From a virus (Duplodnaviria > Caudoviricetes), in IMG/VR virus record IMGVR_UViG_3300042924_004594, positions 1 to 58,224 of that record: a stretch of DNA of 58,224 nt; one strand, 5' to 3'. Each line of letters begins with the position of its first letter. Positions within the stretch are counted from its first letter, which is position 1. This document shows, piece after piece, positions 45,407-54,949 of the stretch. Under the pieces are notes generated by a model. That model searched no databases, had not been told where the DNA came from, and was given only the letters and a program-made list of their open reading frames with translations. Both the position numbers and the translations under genes were made by a program.

Positions 45407-45420
45407 TTTTGCACCAAAAG

Positions 45421-45557
45421 GATAAGACGGAGTAAGGATTAACATTAACGAGTCATAAATGAAGTCTTATCAAAAAGAAGGTTCCCGCAAAAAACACATC
45501 TAGTTTTTAATTTGGATTGACTGCCGTAAGACGGCGTGTTTAGATGTAACACACCGT
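45421..45557 (+). promoter_or_regulatory. early promoter/operator region
   Basis: TTGACT at 45517; palindrome GCCGTAAGACGGC (45523-45535); inverted pair GATAAGAC/GTCTTATC; inverted repeat 45531-45557. Confidence 0.55.
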
Positions 45558-45854
45558 ATGAATCTGATATTGGAAGCTCAGTCTTTTAAAGTCGCAGTCA
45601 CTCCTTCCAACAAACTTCACATTGTCGTTGAGAATGTAAATCCATCTGAAGTAAGCAAACAAATCCCAGAAAAGATTTATTCCGTAAAAGAAGCAGCCTC
45701 TCGGCTTCATGTTGGCGACCGCACAATTCGTCGTTACTTAAACAACAAACGTCATCCCCTCCCTCACTCGAAAGCTGGTGGAATTATCCGCATTTGTGAG
45801 TCGGATATCCAGGCGTGGCTCGCGAATGATAAATTCGGAGTCGCACGTGAATAG
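45558..45854 (+). CDS. excisionase-like helix-turn-helix protein
   Basis: YSVKEAASRLHVGDRTIRRYL...GGIIRICESDIQAWL. Confidence 0.8.
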   Translation: MNLILEAQSFKVAVTPSNKLHIVVENVNPSEVSKQIPEKIYSVKEAASRLHVGDRTIRRYLNNKRHPLPHSKAGGIIRICESDIQAWLANDKFGVARE

Positions 45855-46179
45855 TCGTGCCAAGGGTTGTGTCGGTGAGCGTGAGTGGAGAGACGAAGTC
45901 AAAAAGCGTGGCTACACCGCAAGGCGTGGCCAGCAGTTCTCTGGGAATCCGGATGCACCCGACGTCATTTCCGAACTCCCATTCCATTTCGAAGTCAAAA
46001 GGGTGCAGGCCCTTAACGTCGGAAAAGCTGTTGAACAAGCGGTACGAGACTGCGGAGGAAAACCCATCGCAGTGGCGCACCGTAAAAACAATTCACCCTG
46101 GCTCGTGACCATGACCGCGGATTCTTGGTTCGAGCTGGTAACTAAAGTGCATCCGCCCCGTGGAGAAGAAATAAAATGA
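45826..46179 (+). CDS. PD-(D/E)XK Holliday junction resolvase-like protein
   Basis: NSRAKG..GERE, PDV, FEVKR and AVAHRKNN..W motifs. Confidence 0.75.
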   Translation: MINSESHVNSRAKGCVGEREWRDEVKKRGYTARRGQQFSGNPDAPDVISELPFHFEVKRVQALNVGKAVEQAVRDCGGKPIAVAHRKNNSPWLVTMTADSWFELVTKVHPPRGEEIK

Positions 46180-46340
46180 CAGTTGGAGAACTGTTGGAAA
46201 AGCTGCAAAAGGTAAGCCCCCACCTCGACATCTGCGTCGATGTGGATTCGGACTGCTTCGATATCCAGGAAGTTCAGGTCTGGCGAAGTGGAAGTGATGA
46301 TCCTGAAGGTTCGTTTGTATCGTTGATCATCGAAACTTGA
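46176..46340 (+). CDS. small hypothetical protein, 54 aa (not in ORF track)
   Basis: MTVGELLEKLQKVSPHLDICVD...; 4-nt overlaps with both neighbours. Confidence 0.65.
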   Translation: MTVGELLEKLQKVSPHLDICVDVDSDCFDIQEVQVWRSGSDDPEGSFVSLIIET

Positions 46341-47611
46341 ATCTTTTTCCTTGGCAGAAGGAAAACGCGTCCCAGTTGATGGACGCCCTGATCAACAACC
46401 GCGTGGCGTTGGACGCTAGCGATTGTGGGACAGGAAAAACGGTCACGGCGACCTTTGTCGCAAAGCAAATGAATATGCCCGTGGGAGTGATATGTCCCAA
46501 AGCGGTCATACCTTCCTGGAAGCATTGGCTCAAAGAAGCTGGCGTCGAACCTCTGTTCGTCATCAACTACGAAAAACTCCGAACCGGAAAAAAGCACGGC
46601 AAGTGGGTTGCCAAGAAATGGCAGTGGGATCTCCCCTCCTCTACCCTTCTGATTTTTGACGAGGTTCATAAGTGCAAAGGATACAGCAGTCAGAACGGTA
46701 AGATCTTGGGTGCGTCTAAAGCCGATCATACCGTATTGATGCTCTCAGCTACGGCTGCTCAGAACCCCCTGGATATGCGCTGGACGGGCGACCTTCTAGG
46801 TATTCACACCGGGGTAAACTACTGGGGTTGGCTTAAGACCATGAAGGTAGCTCAAGCCCCCTGGGGCGGCTTCCAATACTACGGAGGCAAAGAAGGTCTT
46901 CTCCAGATTCACGCACATATCTTCCCCAAGCGTGGCGTACGTACTCGCGTGGAAGAGCTGGGTGATGCCTTCCCTCAAAACAATGTTATGTCCGAGGTCT
47001 TCGATATTGATGACCGCATTGGCAAGCTCTACGGCCAAATGGAGGCCGAGCTGGCGGCCTTGGCAGAGGCTAAGTCCAACGATTTCGACCCATCTGAGCC
47101 CCGTACAAGGCTATTAAGACTCCGCCAGGAGGTTGAACTACTGCGAGTGCCCGTACTTACCGAGATGGCGAAGGAGCATGTTGAGGCTGGATGCAGTGTC
47201 GTGATCTTTACCAATTTCATGCAGACCTGCCGGACGCTTATGGAGCGTTTAAATGCCCCTGCAATTCACGGAGAGCAAAGCGCAGAAGAGCGTCAGGAAG
47301 CAATCGACAAGTTTCAAGCGAACAAAGAACACGTAATCATCGTGCAAATTCAAGCCGGCGGTGTTGGACTCTCGCTTCACGATTTACACGGCCGTCCTCG
47401 AGTGAGTTTGGTGTGTCCGACGTACTCGGCGATTGATTTAAAACAAGCTCTCGGTCGCATCGCACGCACCGGATCGAAGAGTCATTGCAGACAATATTTA
47501 GTTTACGCCGCAAATTCAGTCGAAGAACAAGTCGCACGTAAAACAAAATCCAAAATTCGTGAAATTGACTTGCTTAATGACGGCGATCTGGTAGTAACTT
47601 TGCCCTCATGA
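46337..47611 (+). CDS. superfamily 2 (SNF2-like) helicase
   Basis: GTGKT, DEVH, LSAT, AGGVGLSL and QALGRIAR motifs. Confidence 0.9.
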   Translation: MNLFPWQKENASQLMDALINNRVALDASDCGTGKTVTATFVAKQMNMPVGVICPKAVIPSWKHWLKEAGVEPLFVINYEKLRTGKKHGKWVAKKWQWDLPSSTLLIFDEVHKCKGYSSQNGKILGASKADHTVLMLSATAAQNPLDMRWTGDLLGIHTGVNYWGWLKTMKVAQAPWGGFQYYGGKEGLLQIHAHIFPKRGVRTRVEELGDAFPQNNVMSEVFDIDDRIGKLYGQMEAELAALAEAKSNDFDPSEPRTRLLRLRQEVELLRVPVLTEMAKEHVEAGCSVVIFTNFMQTCRTLMERLNAPAIHGEQSAEERQEAIDKFQANKEHVIIVQIQAGGVGLSLHDLHGRPRVSLVCPTYSAIDLKQALGRIARTGSKSHCRQYLVYAANSVEEQVARKTKSKIREIDLLNDGDLVVTLPS

Positions 47612-48708
47612 GTACTACTGACAATCACGCTAGCTACTCACCGAGCAGCCTCAAGTACTTTGAGCTCTGTCCCTGCTATCAAAAAGACAATTCTGGTGAA
47701 GTTCATCCAGTAACTCTCCGCGGAACTGCGATGCACAAAGCGTGTGAGACCGGCGAGATGGAAGGTCTCGACTCCACTGAAAAAGCTCTCGTCCACAAAT
47801 GTCTTTCATTCGTCGAATCAGCCAAAGCTGAGTACACGGAAAAGAATTCCAAGTTCATGGACTTGTCTGAGCAGAAGCTCGATGTGTTTGACCAATGGGG
47901 TTACGTCGATCGCTTTTTCATTTGTGCAGATGAGGCTGCGATGTTCGATTTCAAATTTGGTTTTAACCCCGTTGACCCAGCGGAGACCAACCCGCAGATG
48001 TGGGCGTACGCAATCGGCGTCTTTAAGAAGTATCCGTACGTAAAGAATCTCAAGCTCCACATTCTCCAACCCCGCTTGGATTACGTGGACTCGGCTTCAT
48101 TCACCAGAGACGGAGATCTCCCCAAGATGAACGCCAGAATCAAGGGCATCATCGAACGGGCTAGGAATAATACCCCGGATATGGCCCGCCCCGGTGACCA
48201 GTGCATTTACTGCTCCCGTATCGCGACCTGTGACGCAGTCCAGGCTATGTCCCTTTCTCTGGCCAAGTCTTATGACCTGGCTCACGACGCTCAACTTCCC
48301 GATCTCTTCCACCCAAGCCAACTAGCCACACCGGAAAAACGATCACAGGCACAACGCCTCGTACCGGTGCTGGAAGCTTGGTGCGGTTCCGTACGCAAAC
48401 ACAACGTTGAGTACGCGAAGGAAGGAAACGAGATCCCTGGATATGGTCTTACGGCCGTCCAGGGGGCAAGAAAGATCACGGACGCCAACAAGGCGTACGA
48501 TTTGGTCAAAGACAAGATCTCGACGGCTGAATTTATGGAAGCCGTCACAGTCAACTTCAAGGAGCTAGCTGATCAAGTCGCCAGCAAGGCTCCTCGGGGC
48601 ACAAAACAAGAAGAACGCGACAACCTTGAGGACAAACTCACCGAAGCGAACGCCCTGACGCGAGGAAGCGAGTCCTATCAACTAAGAAAAATAAAGGATA
48701 AACAATGA
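47608..48708 (+). CDS. Cas4-like PD-(D/E)XK exonuclease (DUF2800-like)
   Basis: SPSS...CP, RGTAMH, GYVD...DFKFG, QMWAYA and CIYC...C Fe-S ligands. Confidence 0.75.
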   Translation: MSTTDNHASYSPSSLKYFELCPCYQKDNSGEVHPVTLRGTAMHKACETGEMEGLDSTEKALVHKCLSFVESAKAEYTEKNSKFMDLSEQKLDVFDQWGYVDRFFICADEAAMFDFKFGFNPVDPAETNPQMWAYAIGVFKKYPYVKNLKLHILQPRLDYVDSASFTRDGDLPKMNARIKGIIERARNNTPDMARPGDQCIYCSRIATCDAVQAMSLSLAKSYDLAHDAQLPDLFHPSQLATPEKRSQAQRLVPVLEAWCGSVRKHNVEYAKEGNEIPGYGLTAVQGARKITDANKAYDLVKDKISTAEFMEAVTVNFKELADQVASKAPRGTKQEERDNLEDKLTEANALTRGSESYQLRKIKDKQ

Positions 48709-49430
48709 AAACTACGTTCCCTAAAGAACAAAAAGCAAAAGTAGAAGCAAAACCAGAAACAGTAACCGAATCGAGCAAGGCACTGACGGAGGTTGTCGAA
48801 CAGCCCCTCACCTTGACCACCAACGCCGGCATGGAGGGAGAATTTAACGTCTCCGACTTCCAAATCCCCCGGCTCAACATCGCCAACAAGACTGGCGAAC
48901 TCTCCAACGACTTCCCTCCCGGCAGCATCGTCTTCCGGAAAGAGGTATCCGTTGGGAACCAGAAGTCTCCTGCCAAATTGACGATCATCCGCATGGCAAA
49001 AAAGTACATGCAGAGGATTCCCTACGGCACGGAAGAACGTCCGAAAATCTTTAACACGGCAGCCGACGTGCGTACTGCAGGCGGCACCACCGACATCACT
49101 GAGGGTGATATGGATATCTACGATCCTATCCTAATCCTCACGATGGCGGTCCAAAGCCCCGAAGGCGCACATCCCCTGTTCGCCTTTGAGAAAGACGGAG
49201 CCCACTACGCTCTGGCGCAGATGATCCTAGCCAAGAGCGCGTACAACAATGCGGGCAAGCAGTTGATCACGGAAGCCACCACAGCTCTCCGCGAGAAACT
49301 CTCTGGCGGCAAGTACGAGTTGGTAACTCAACTTCGCTCCAACACGATGGGCAGCTGGTTCACGCCAGTTTTCCGTTTGGTCGGCAAGAACACCCCTGAA
49401 ACCACCGCGTGGTTTGACGGGTTGATCTAA
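48705..49430 (+). CDS. putative ssDNA-binding / recombination protein
   Basis: DFQIPRLNI motif; position between nuclease and polymerase genes. Confidence 0.4.
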   Translation: MKTTFPKEQKAKVEAKPETVTESSKALTEVVEQPLTLTTNAGMEGEFNVSDFQIPRLNIANKTGELSNDFPPGSIVFRKEVSVGNQKSPAKLTIIRMAKKYMQRIPYGTEERPKIFNTAADVRTAGGTTDITEGDMDIYDPILILTMAVQSPEGAHPLFAFEKDGAHYALAQMILAKSAYNNAGKQLITEATTALREKLSGGKYELVTQLRSNTMGSWFTPVFRLVGKNTPETTAWFDGLI

Positions 49431-49441
49431 AGAATTGGGAT

Positions 49442-49801
49442 TTGGCCATGGTGTTACGGGAGATCCGTGAACAGCGCGTCACCTCTGTGCTTTTGAAACA
49501 GCCAAGTTCCTATCCCCTTCCCGACGAAATTGCCATGAATGCGTCCAAAGAGATCGTTCATGTGATGACACGGGGCGGGAAATCAAAAACAGGTTCAACA
49601 AAATCAGGTCCCGGGCAATGGTTTACCCGGGATTCGATCCGATATTCTGCGGATCGAGCAGTGAGCCATATGGCCACCGCAATGATGATGTTGGACGGGA
49701 ATAAAAAAGAGGACAAAGAGGGCATCGTCGGGCACCTACAGAGAGCTTTATGCAGGGCCGCGATGGTTCTTTATAAAATAAGAAAGGGTCAGAAAAAATG
49801 A
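49442..49801 (+). CDS. dATP/dGTP diphosphohydrolase-like (DUF5664-like), divergent
   Basis: VMTRG..K...W...RAVSH...D.E...HL.RA pattern; start uncertain. Confidence 0.4.
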   Translation: MAMVLREIREQRVTSVLLKQPSSYPLPDEIAMNASKEIVHVMTRGGKSKTGSTKSGPGQWFTRDSIRYSADRAVSHMATAMMMLDGNKKEDKEGIVGHLQRALCRAAMVLYKIRKGQKK

Positions 49802-50055
49802 AAGCTAAGAGTAAGGTAACAATTTACAACAGAAAGACGGGGAAAGATGTAGGTCAAATCAAGGTTTTGGACGTAAGGGAGTCTGATACCGTCGAGATCG
49901 ATCTTCAGATGGAAGACGATGTGTATGACCAGTTTGTCTATTTCGGAAAGAAAGATGCTACGAAGGACGATTTTTTCAGCATCGCCTTCAAAAAGATGCT
50001 GGCCGAGACAATTCAAGATTTAAAGAAAAAGAAGAAATGGGGGCACAATGATTAA
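49798..50055 (+). CDS. hypothetical protein
   Basis: ORF overlapping both neighbours. Confidence 0.6.
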   Translation: MKAKSKVTIYNRKTGKDVGQIKVLDVRESDTVEIDLQMEDDVYDQFVYFGKKDATKDDFFSIAFKKMLAETIQDLKKKKKWGHND

Positions 50056-50245
50056 TACCTTTTTGATGAGTATCTTTCTCTGGCTAGCTCAACGCTGGTT
50101 TGGGTTTACCGACATCTACTGCCCGAATGATCAGGTAGAAGCGATCATCTTTGCGGTAGACAAAAAGCAACATCAGGACGCCATAAGGTCTGCCGCCAAA
50201 TTCATATATGAAATCAAAGAAGAAAGAACAGGCTTCGGCGTTTGA
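50048..50245 (+). CDS. hypothetical protein
   Basis: ORF in operon context. Confidence 0.5.
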   Translation: MINTFLMSIFLWLAQRWFGFTDIYCPNDQVEAIIFAVDKKQHQDAIRSAAKFIYEIKEERTGFGV

Positions 50246-50293
50246 CGTCGAAGTACCTGAATTATCTAAACGGAATAACTACGGATATCCCAT

Positions 50294-50548
50294 ATGGACG
50301 AAATTAGAAATACAGCGAATGAAGCTCCAAATCGAGAAGTCGAAATTGGAGAAGAAGTAGCCGACGTCTTTAACCCAATCTTTATGAGAACATCAGAACA
50401 AATACTCGAGCTCGGTCTCCGGCAAATGCGCGAGGAGAACGAATCCCTATCAACAGAGAACCGTCGTCTTAAAGACGAGATACGGACTCTCATCGAGCAA
50501 GCCCGCCGTGCCGGGTTTGTAGGTGCTACCAAAGACAAGCATCCGTGA
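50294..50548 (+). CDS. hypothetical coiled-coil protein
   Basis: LRQMREENESLSTENRRLKDEI heptads. Confidence 0.55.
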   Translation: MDEIRNTANEAPNREVEIGEEVADVFNPIFMRTSEQILELGLRQMREENESLSTENRRLKDEIRTLIEQARRAGFVGATKDKHP

Positions 50549-50697
50549 GCCAACTGGAATTCCCATTTATGAAAGACCTTTACCCAACTACCGAAGCAAC
50601 TACCCAGGGTACAACCACAACCGTGAATTACACCTTTGGTGCTGCGATTGAAAGCGTAAGCACCACAACTCACACAACGAAAGGAAACTCAGAATGA
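50545..50697 (+). CDS. 50-aa Thr-rich peptide starting MSQLEFPF (not in ORF track)
   Basis: GTGA overlap with the upstream stop and ATGA overlap with the downstream start. Confidence 0.6.
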   Translation: MSQLEFPFMKDLYPTTEATTQGTTTTVNYTFGAAIESVSTTTHTTKGNSE

Positions 50698-50930
50698 GCG
50701 TAGACGTAAGAGTACGCATCTCAGCGGTCGAGGGTGAACTCAAGTTTGAAGTTCACACTGATCACATGGATGCACAACCGGTCGAAAAGACGGTGGCTGA
50801 GGAACTCAAGGGCCTCACCTGCCGGATGCTTGACCTATATCTCGAAACCCTCAAGGAACCCAAAGAAGAAATCCAAGCCGAATGCGAAACATTGCCATCG
50901 ATTTCGAGTCCTACTACGACAACGAGCTGA
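50694..50930 (+). CDS. hypothetical protein
   Basis: AAGGA RBS; operon context. Confidence 0.55.
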   Translation: MSVDVRVRISAVEGELKFEVHTDHMDAQPVEKTVAEELKGLTCRMLDLYLETLKEPKEEIQAECETLPSISSPTTTTS

Positions 50931-52642
50931 GCATTAAAACGCTCGGCCAGTGGCACTACCTACGCGATCCGCGTGGGGAGATCTACATGGTGTCGATGGT
51001 TGGTGACGGTATTGAGCCGTATTGCGGTCCCGTGGACAAAGCTCCTTGGGACAAGATCGACGGCTGCCGGTGGATTGCGCACAACTACAGCTTCGACGGA
51101 GCCTGTGTTGAGGCTCTTGGTGACCGAATCAAGTCGAAGCCCGCGGATTTCTTCTGCACGGCCAATCTTGCGGCTTACCTTGGGTCTCCTAGGGATCTCG
51201 AGGGCGCCTGCACGAACCTCCTTGGTAAGGAGATTTCGAAGGATCCTCGTAAAAAGATGAAGGGCAAGAAGTGGTCTGATATCGTCAATACTGAGTTCGC
51301 AGAAGAGATGACGCAATACGCTTTGTCTGACTCCGTGAGTTGTTTAGAGCTCTACAAGAAGTACGGATCGGAGATGCCGGAAATCGAGCGCAAGTTATCC
51401 AAGCATACGATTGAGATGGCGTGGAAGGGTTTTGCGATTGACCAACCCTTGGTTAAGGACGGCATCAAGAAGCTAGATAAAATCAAGTGGGAAGCAGAAC
51501 AGAAGCTCCCCTGGATGGACAAAGGAGATGGCGTTGTTCTCTCCATCAAGAATTTCAGGGCCGAGTGTATCAACCAAGGTATCCCCTGGCCTGATTCTCT
51601 TTCAGAAGATTCGGAAGAGTGTGCGGTATGGGAAAAGAAATACGGTGACAAGGTTCCCTTTGTTGCCGCCATGCGGGATTGGAGAAAATCCAATTCCTAC
51701 TTGGTCAAGATGAAGGTGCTCGATTCTCGTGTGCGTCCAGATATGACGGCGTCTTACGGCATGAAGTTCTTTGGGGCACATACAGGTCGGTTTAGTGGAG
51801 ATAGCCGCTTTAACGTCCAGAATCTGCCCAGGGAGCCACATTTCGGAGTCGATATGCGGGGCTGTATCATTCCTCGCCCAGGCAAGAAGTTCATCGTTTG
51901 CGATCTTTCCCAGATTGAGCCCAGGGTTCTGGCTTGGTTGTCCGGGAATACAACCCTCCTAGAGGCCGTCCGTAACGGATATGGCATCTACGAAGCCTTT
52001 GCCATCTCAGCCAATCTCTGGAACGGAGAAAAAGGAACACTTAAGAAAACCAATACAGCCATGTACCAGCTTGCCAAGGCAATGGTGCTGGGTCTTGGGT
52101 ACGGCGCAGGAGCCAAGAAATTCGCCTACATGGCCAACACAGCATACGGCCTGGAGATCGACGAAGCACAAGCGGCAAACATTGTTAGAACATACCGATC
52201 CAAGAATCACCACGTCGTCAATTTCTGGAAGAAGTTAGAGACGGCTTACAAACAATCCAAAGCAGACGGACAATACGAGATCGAGCTTCCCTCCTGGAGA
52301 AGCCTCAGATACCGCAACATCCGCACACAAAACCTCGCAAGCGGATACGCGGGATACACAGCTCAGACCGTCATGGGTGGTCCTCACGTCAATTTCTACG
52401 GTGGGAACTTATGTAATAACACCGTTCAGGCAACAGCCCGGGATGTCATGGCCGAATGCATCCTACGACTCGAAAAGGCTGGCCTACCCCTTGTCCTTCA
52501 CGTTCACGACGAAGCCGTTGTGGAGGTCGACAAGGATGTGAAACCAAAAGATGTGGAAATGTTGATGTCGGTAACCCCGGACTGGTTACAAGGCTGCCCG
52601 GTCGCAGCCGAGGCCGTGGAAACCGACAGATACGTTAAATAG
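50882..52642 (+). CDS. polA: family A DNA polymerase with 3'-5' exonuclease
   Basis: Exo I DFES, AHN..FD, HTGRFS, motif A DLSQIEPR, motif B AKAMVLGLGYG, motif C VHDE. Confidence 0.92.
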   Translation: MRNIAIDFESYYDNELSIKTLGQWHYLRDPRGEIYMVSMVGDGIEPYCGPVDKAPWDKIDGCRWIAHNYSFDGACVEALGDRIKSKPADFFCTANLAAYLGSPRDLEGACTNLLGKEISKDPRKKMKGKKWSDIVNTEFAEEMTQYALSDSVSCLELYKKYGSEMPEIERKLSKHTIEMAWKGFAIDQPLVKDGIKKLDKIKWEAEQKLPWMDKGDGVVLSIKNFRAECINQGIPWPDSLSEDSEECAVWEKKYGDKVPFVAAMRDWRKSNSYLVKMKVLDSRVRPDMTASYGMKFFGAHTGRFSGDSRFNVQNLPREPHFGVDMRGCIIPRPGKKFIVCDLSQIEPRVLAWLSGNTTLLEAVRNGYGIYEAFAISANLWNGEKGTLKKTNTAMYQLAKAMVLGLGYGAGAKKFAYMANTAYGLEIDEAQAANIVRTYRSKNHHVVNFWKKLETAYKQSKADGQYEIELPSWRSLRYRNIRTQNLASGYAGYTAQTVMGGPHVNFYGGNLCNNTVQATARDVMAECILRLEKAGLPLVLHVHDEAVVEVDKDVKPKDVEMLMSVTPDWLQGCPVAAEAVETDRYVK

Positions 52643-52653
52643 GAGTAAATAAA

Positions 52654-52827
52654 ATGGATAACGCGAGGTACATAGTGTTGAGAGACGGTTCAAGAGTGTC
52701 CGATAGGACGCACCGGAGCAAATTGGATGCACAAGTCGAGGCTGATTACTGGCACGATATTGTCAGGAGGTGGCCGGACGGGTCTGTAATCCGAATCGAA
52801 ACCATATTCTTTAAAAGCCGGGAGTAA
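52654..52827 (+). CDS. small hypothetical protein, 57 aa (not in ORF track)
   Basis: AGGAG RBS; MDNARYIVLRDGSRVSDRTH...; fills the gap between pol and primase. Confidence 0.65.
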   Translation: MDNARYIVLRDGSRVSDRTHRSKLDAQVEADYWHDIVRRWPDGSVIRIETIFFKSRE

Positions 52828-52831
52828 GGCC

Positions 52832-54949
52832 ATGAGTCTTTACGCCCTGAAGAACCTGGCTTCCCTGGAGGTCACTCCAGTCGACGCCTGGCTTCATACA
52901 ACCCCACTACCCAACATGACCAAGGAGGAGTTTTCCTCCTGGTCTACCAACCCCTCGACGGACTGGCTGTTTGTGTCCGGCTTTGAGGGTCGTGCGCCCA
53001 ACCTCCGGGTCTCCCGTGAGAACCAGGCGGTCAAGATGCACGCCCTTGTAGCTGACTACGACGCCCAGATTACAGCTGAGGAAATGCTTGAGGGTCTAAC
53101 CCGTCGCTCAAAAGCCGGGATGAAACCCGCCTACGCTCACCGAACAATTAGTGGTGGGGTAAGAGTTATCTGGCTGTTTGAGAAACCCGTAGCCATCGCA
53201 CCTGGGATATTTGATCCCTTCATCACTCGTCTGATGAAGGAGCTCAATGTCCGTAAGCTGTTCCCTGGACTGGATGACAACATCCGTAAGCCAGAACAGT
53301 ACTACGCCTGGAATCCTCCAGCCACCGAGGTAAGCGATAACCGAGTTAAGTTTGATACCCTCTGTGCTCTTCTAGCTTCAGCCTTCGATGCTTCTCACCG
53401 CTACCGTGGTGAGGGAGATACCGAGATCCCCGTTGAGAAGATCAAGGAACGGGTTGAAAGCCTGTTTCCTGGTCGACTCCGTGGAACGCTAGATATTAAC
53501 GGGCGTTGTAACGCTTTTTGGTCTCCGGATTCTACCAATCCGTCGGCTTGTATCGTTACGGCAACCGGGATGGTCTCATTCTCGCAGGATCGGGCGTTTT
53601 ATCCGTGGGCAGATATCTTGGGTGCGGATTGGGTCGATGAATTTAACAACACTCGTCTGGGCGGACCTCTGGGTTCGTACTGGTACGACGGAAGTAAGTA
53701 TTGGCGCCGCGATATGGAAGGCAGTTGGAGAGACGCACCCTCAGAGACAGCTCGCAAGGATATTGCAGGCTTGTTCGGTTTAAGTCTCACCAGCGATGCC
53801 CGAGGAGATATGTCGGAGACCGACGAAGCCATGCTTCGCATTCGGGAAAACCGACGTGTCGATGCCACCGGCCCCGTGCTCTACAGCCATGAGGAGCTCG
53901 TGCGATTTGGCAGTCGATGCATCCTCAACACCTCCAGGGTAAAAGTGATGCCGCCCAGCAACACTCCTGGAGAGTGGGGCGAGCACTTCCCTTGGACAGC
54001 GAGTCTGTTGGATGAGTTCTTTGATCCGTCTGACAGTCTCCAGTACTTCCTGGCCTGGCTGAAACGGTTCTATACCACAGCCAGCGCCGGGGCCCCTGCT
54101 CAGGGACAAGCGGTATTTATTGCGGGACCAGTGGAGCAGGGGAAGACCCTAATCGGCACCAAGATCGTGGCGGCACTTATGGGTGGAGGTTGCGATGCCT
54201 CCTCTCACATCAGTGGTGGGGATCAGTTCAATAACGAGCTCTTCGAAGTCGGCGTGCTCAACATTGACGATACCGTCGCTTCGACCAGCTACGAGAAGCA
54301 TCTCCTCTTCACCAACTCGATCAAGAAGTTCGTCGCCAACACTCAGCACCGCCACCGTGCGATGCGGGAGAATCCAACGACGATCAACTGGATCGGGCGG
54401 ATCATCTTCACGCTGAATGATGACCCCGAATCGATGAGGGCGATCCCCTACACCGACACCTCCATCCTGGACAAGATCATGCTCTTCAAAGCGAGGCACC
54501 GGAAGTTCCCCTTCCCTCCCCGCCAGGAGATCGATCGGATCTTAGCCAGAGAGTTGCCCAACTTTGCCCGCTGGCTCCTGGACTGGACGCCGGCGTCGCA
54601 TCTGGAAGGCACCAACCGGTTCGGCGTAACGAATTATCATCACCCCGACATTTTGGAAGATACGAGAACAACCCACCCTAACCACGCTTTCTCCGAACTC
54701 CTCGATAAGTACCTCATCAATTACAAAATCGCGGCGAACGGGAAAAACCCAAAACAGTGGGTTGGTTCAGCGACCGACCTACTCAACAACATGCTTAATG
54801 ATGCCGAACTCGAAAAGCTCGCGCGTCATTACGTTTCAAGTCCGGACCGCATGGGTCAGAGATTGGCCAAAATTATGGCCATCCGGCCCGAGCAGGTTAT
54901 CCGGCGCAAATCAGGAGGAAAAATAACATGGGAAATCAATCTGGAGTAA
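52832..54949 (+). CDS. primase-helicase (AEP-like N-terminus, P-loop C-terminus)
   Basis: LVADYD and RTISGG.R primase-like motifs; Walker A GPVEQGKT; LNIDD; FTLN. Confidence 0.75.
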   Translation: MSLYALKNLASLEVTPVDAWLHTTPLPNMTKEEFSSWSTNPSTDWLFVSGFEGRAPNLRVSRENQAVKMHALVADYDAQITAEEMLEGLTRRSKAGMKPAYAHRTISGGVRVIWLFEKPVAIAPGIFDPFITRLMKELNVRKLFPGLDDNIRKPEQYYAWNPPATEVSDNRVKFDTLCALLASAFDASHRYRGEGDTEIPVEKIKERVESLFPGRLRGTLDINGRCNAFWSPDSTNPSACIVTATGMVSFSQDRAFYPWADILGADWVDEFNNTRLGGPLGSYWYDGSKYWRRDMEGSWRDAPSETARKDIAGLFGLSLTSDARGDMSETDEAMLRIRENRRVDATGPVLYSHEELVRFGSRCILNTSRVKVMPPSNTPGEWGEHFPWTASLLDEFFDPSDSLQYFLAWLKRFYTTASAGAPAQGQAVFIAGPVEQGKTLIGTKIVAALMGGGCDASSHISGGDQFNNELFEVGVLNIDDTVASTSYEKHLLFTNSIKKFVANTQHRHRAMRENPTTINWIGRIIFTLNDDPESMRAIPYTDTSILDKIMLFKARHRKFPFPPRQEIDRILARELPNFARWLLDWTPASHLEGTNRFGVTNYHHPDILEDTRTTHPNHAFSELLDKYLINYKIAANGKNPKQWVGSATDLLNNMLNDAELEKLARHYVSSPDRMGQRLAKIMAIRPEQVIRRKSGGKITWEINLE

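Noticed and set aside
47608-48708. CRISPR-associated Cas4
   Set aside because: No cas1/cas2 or repeat-spacer array seen; stand-alone Cas4-like nucleases are common in phage replication modules
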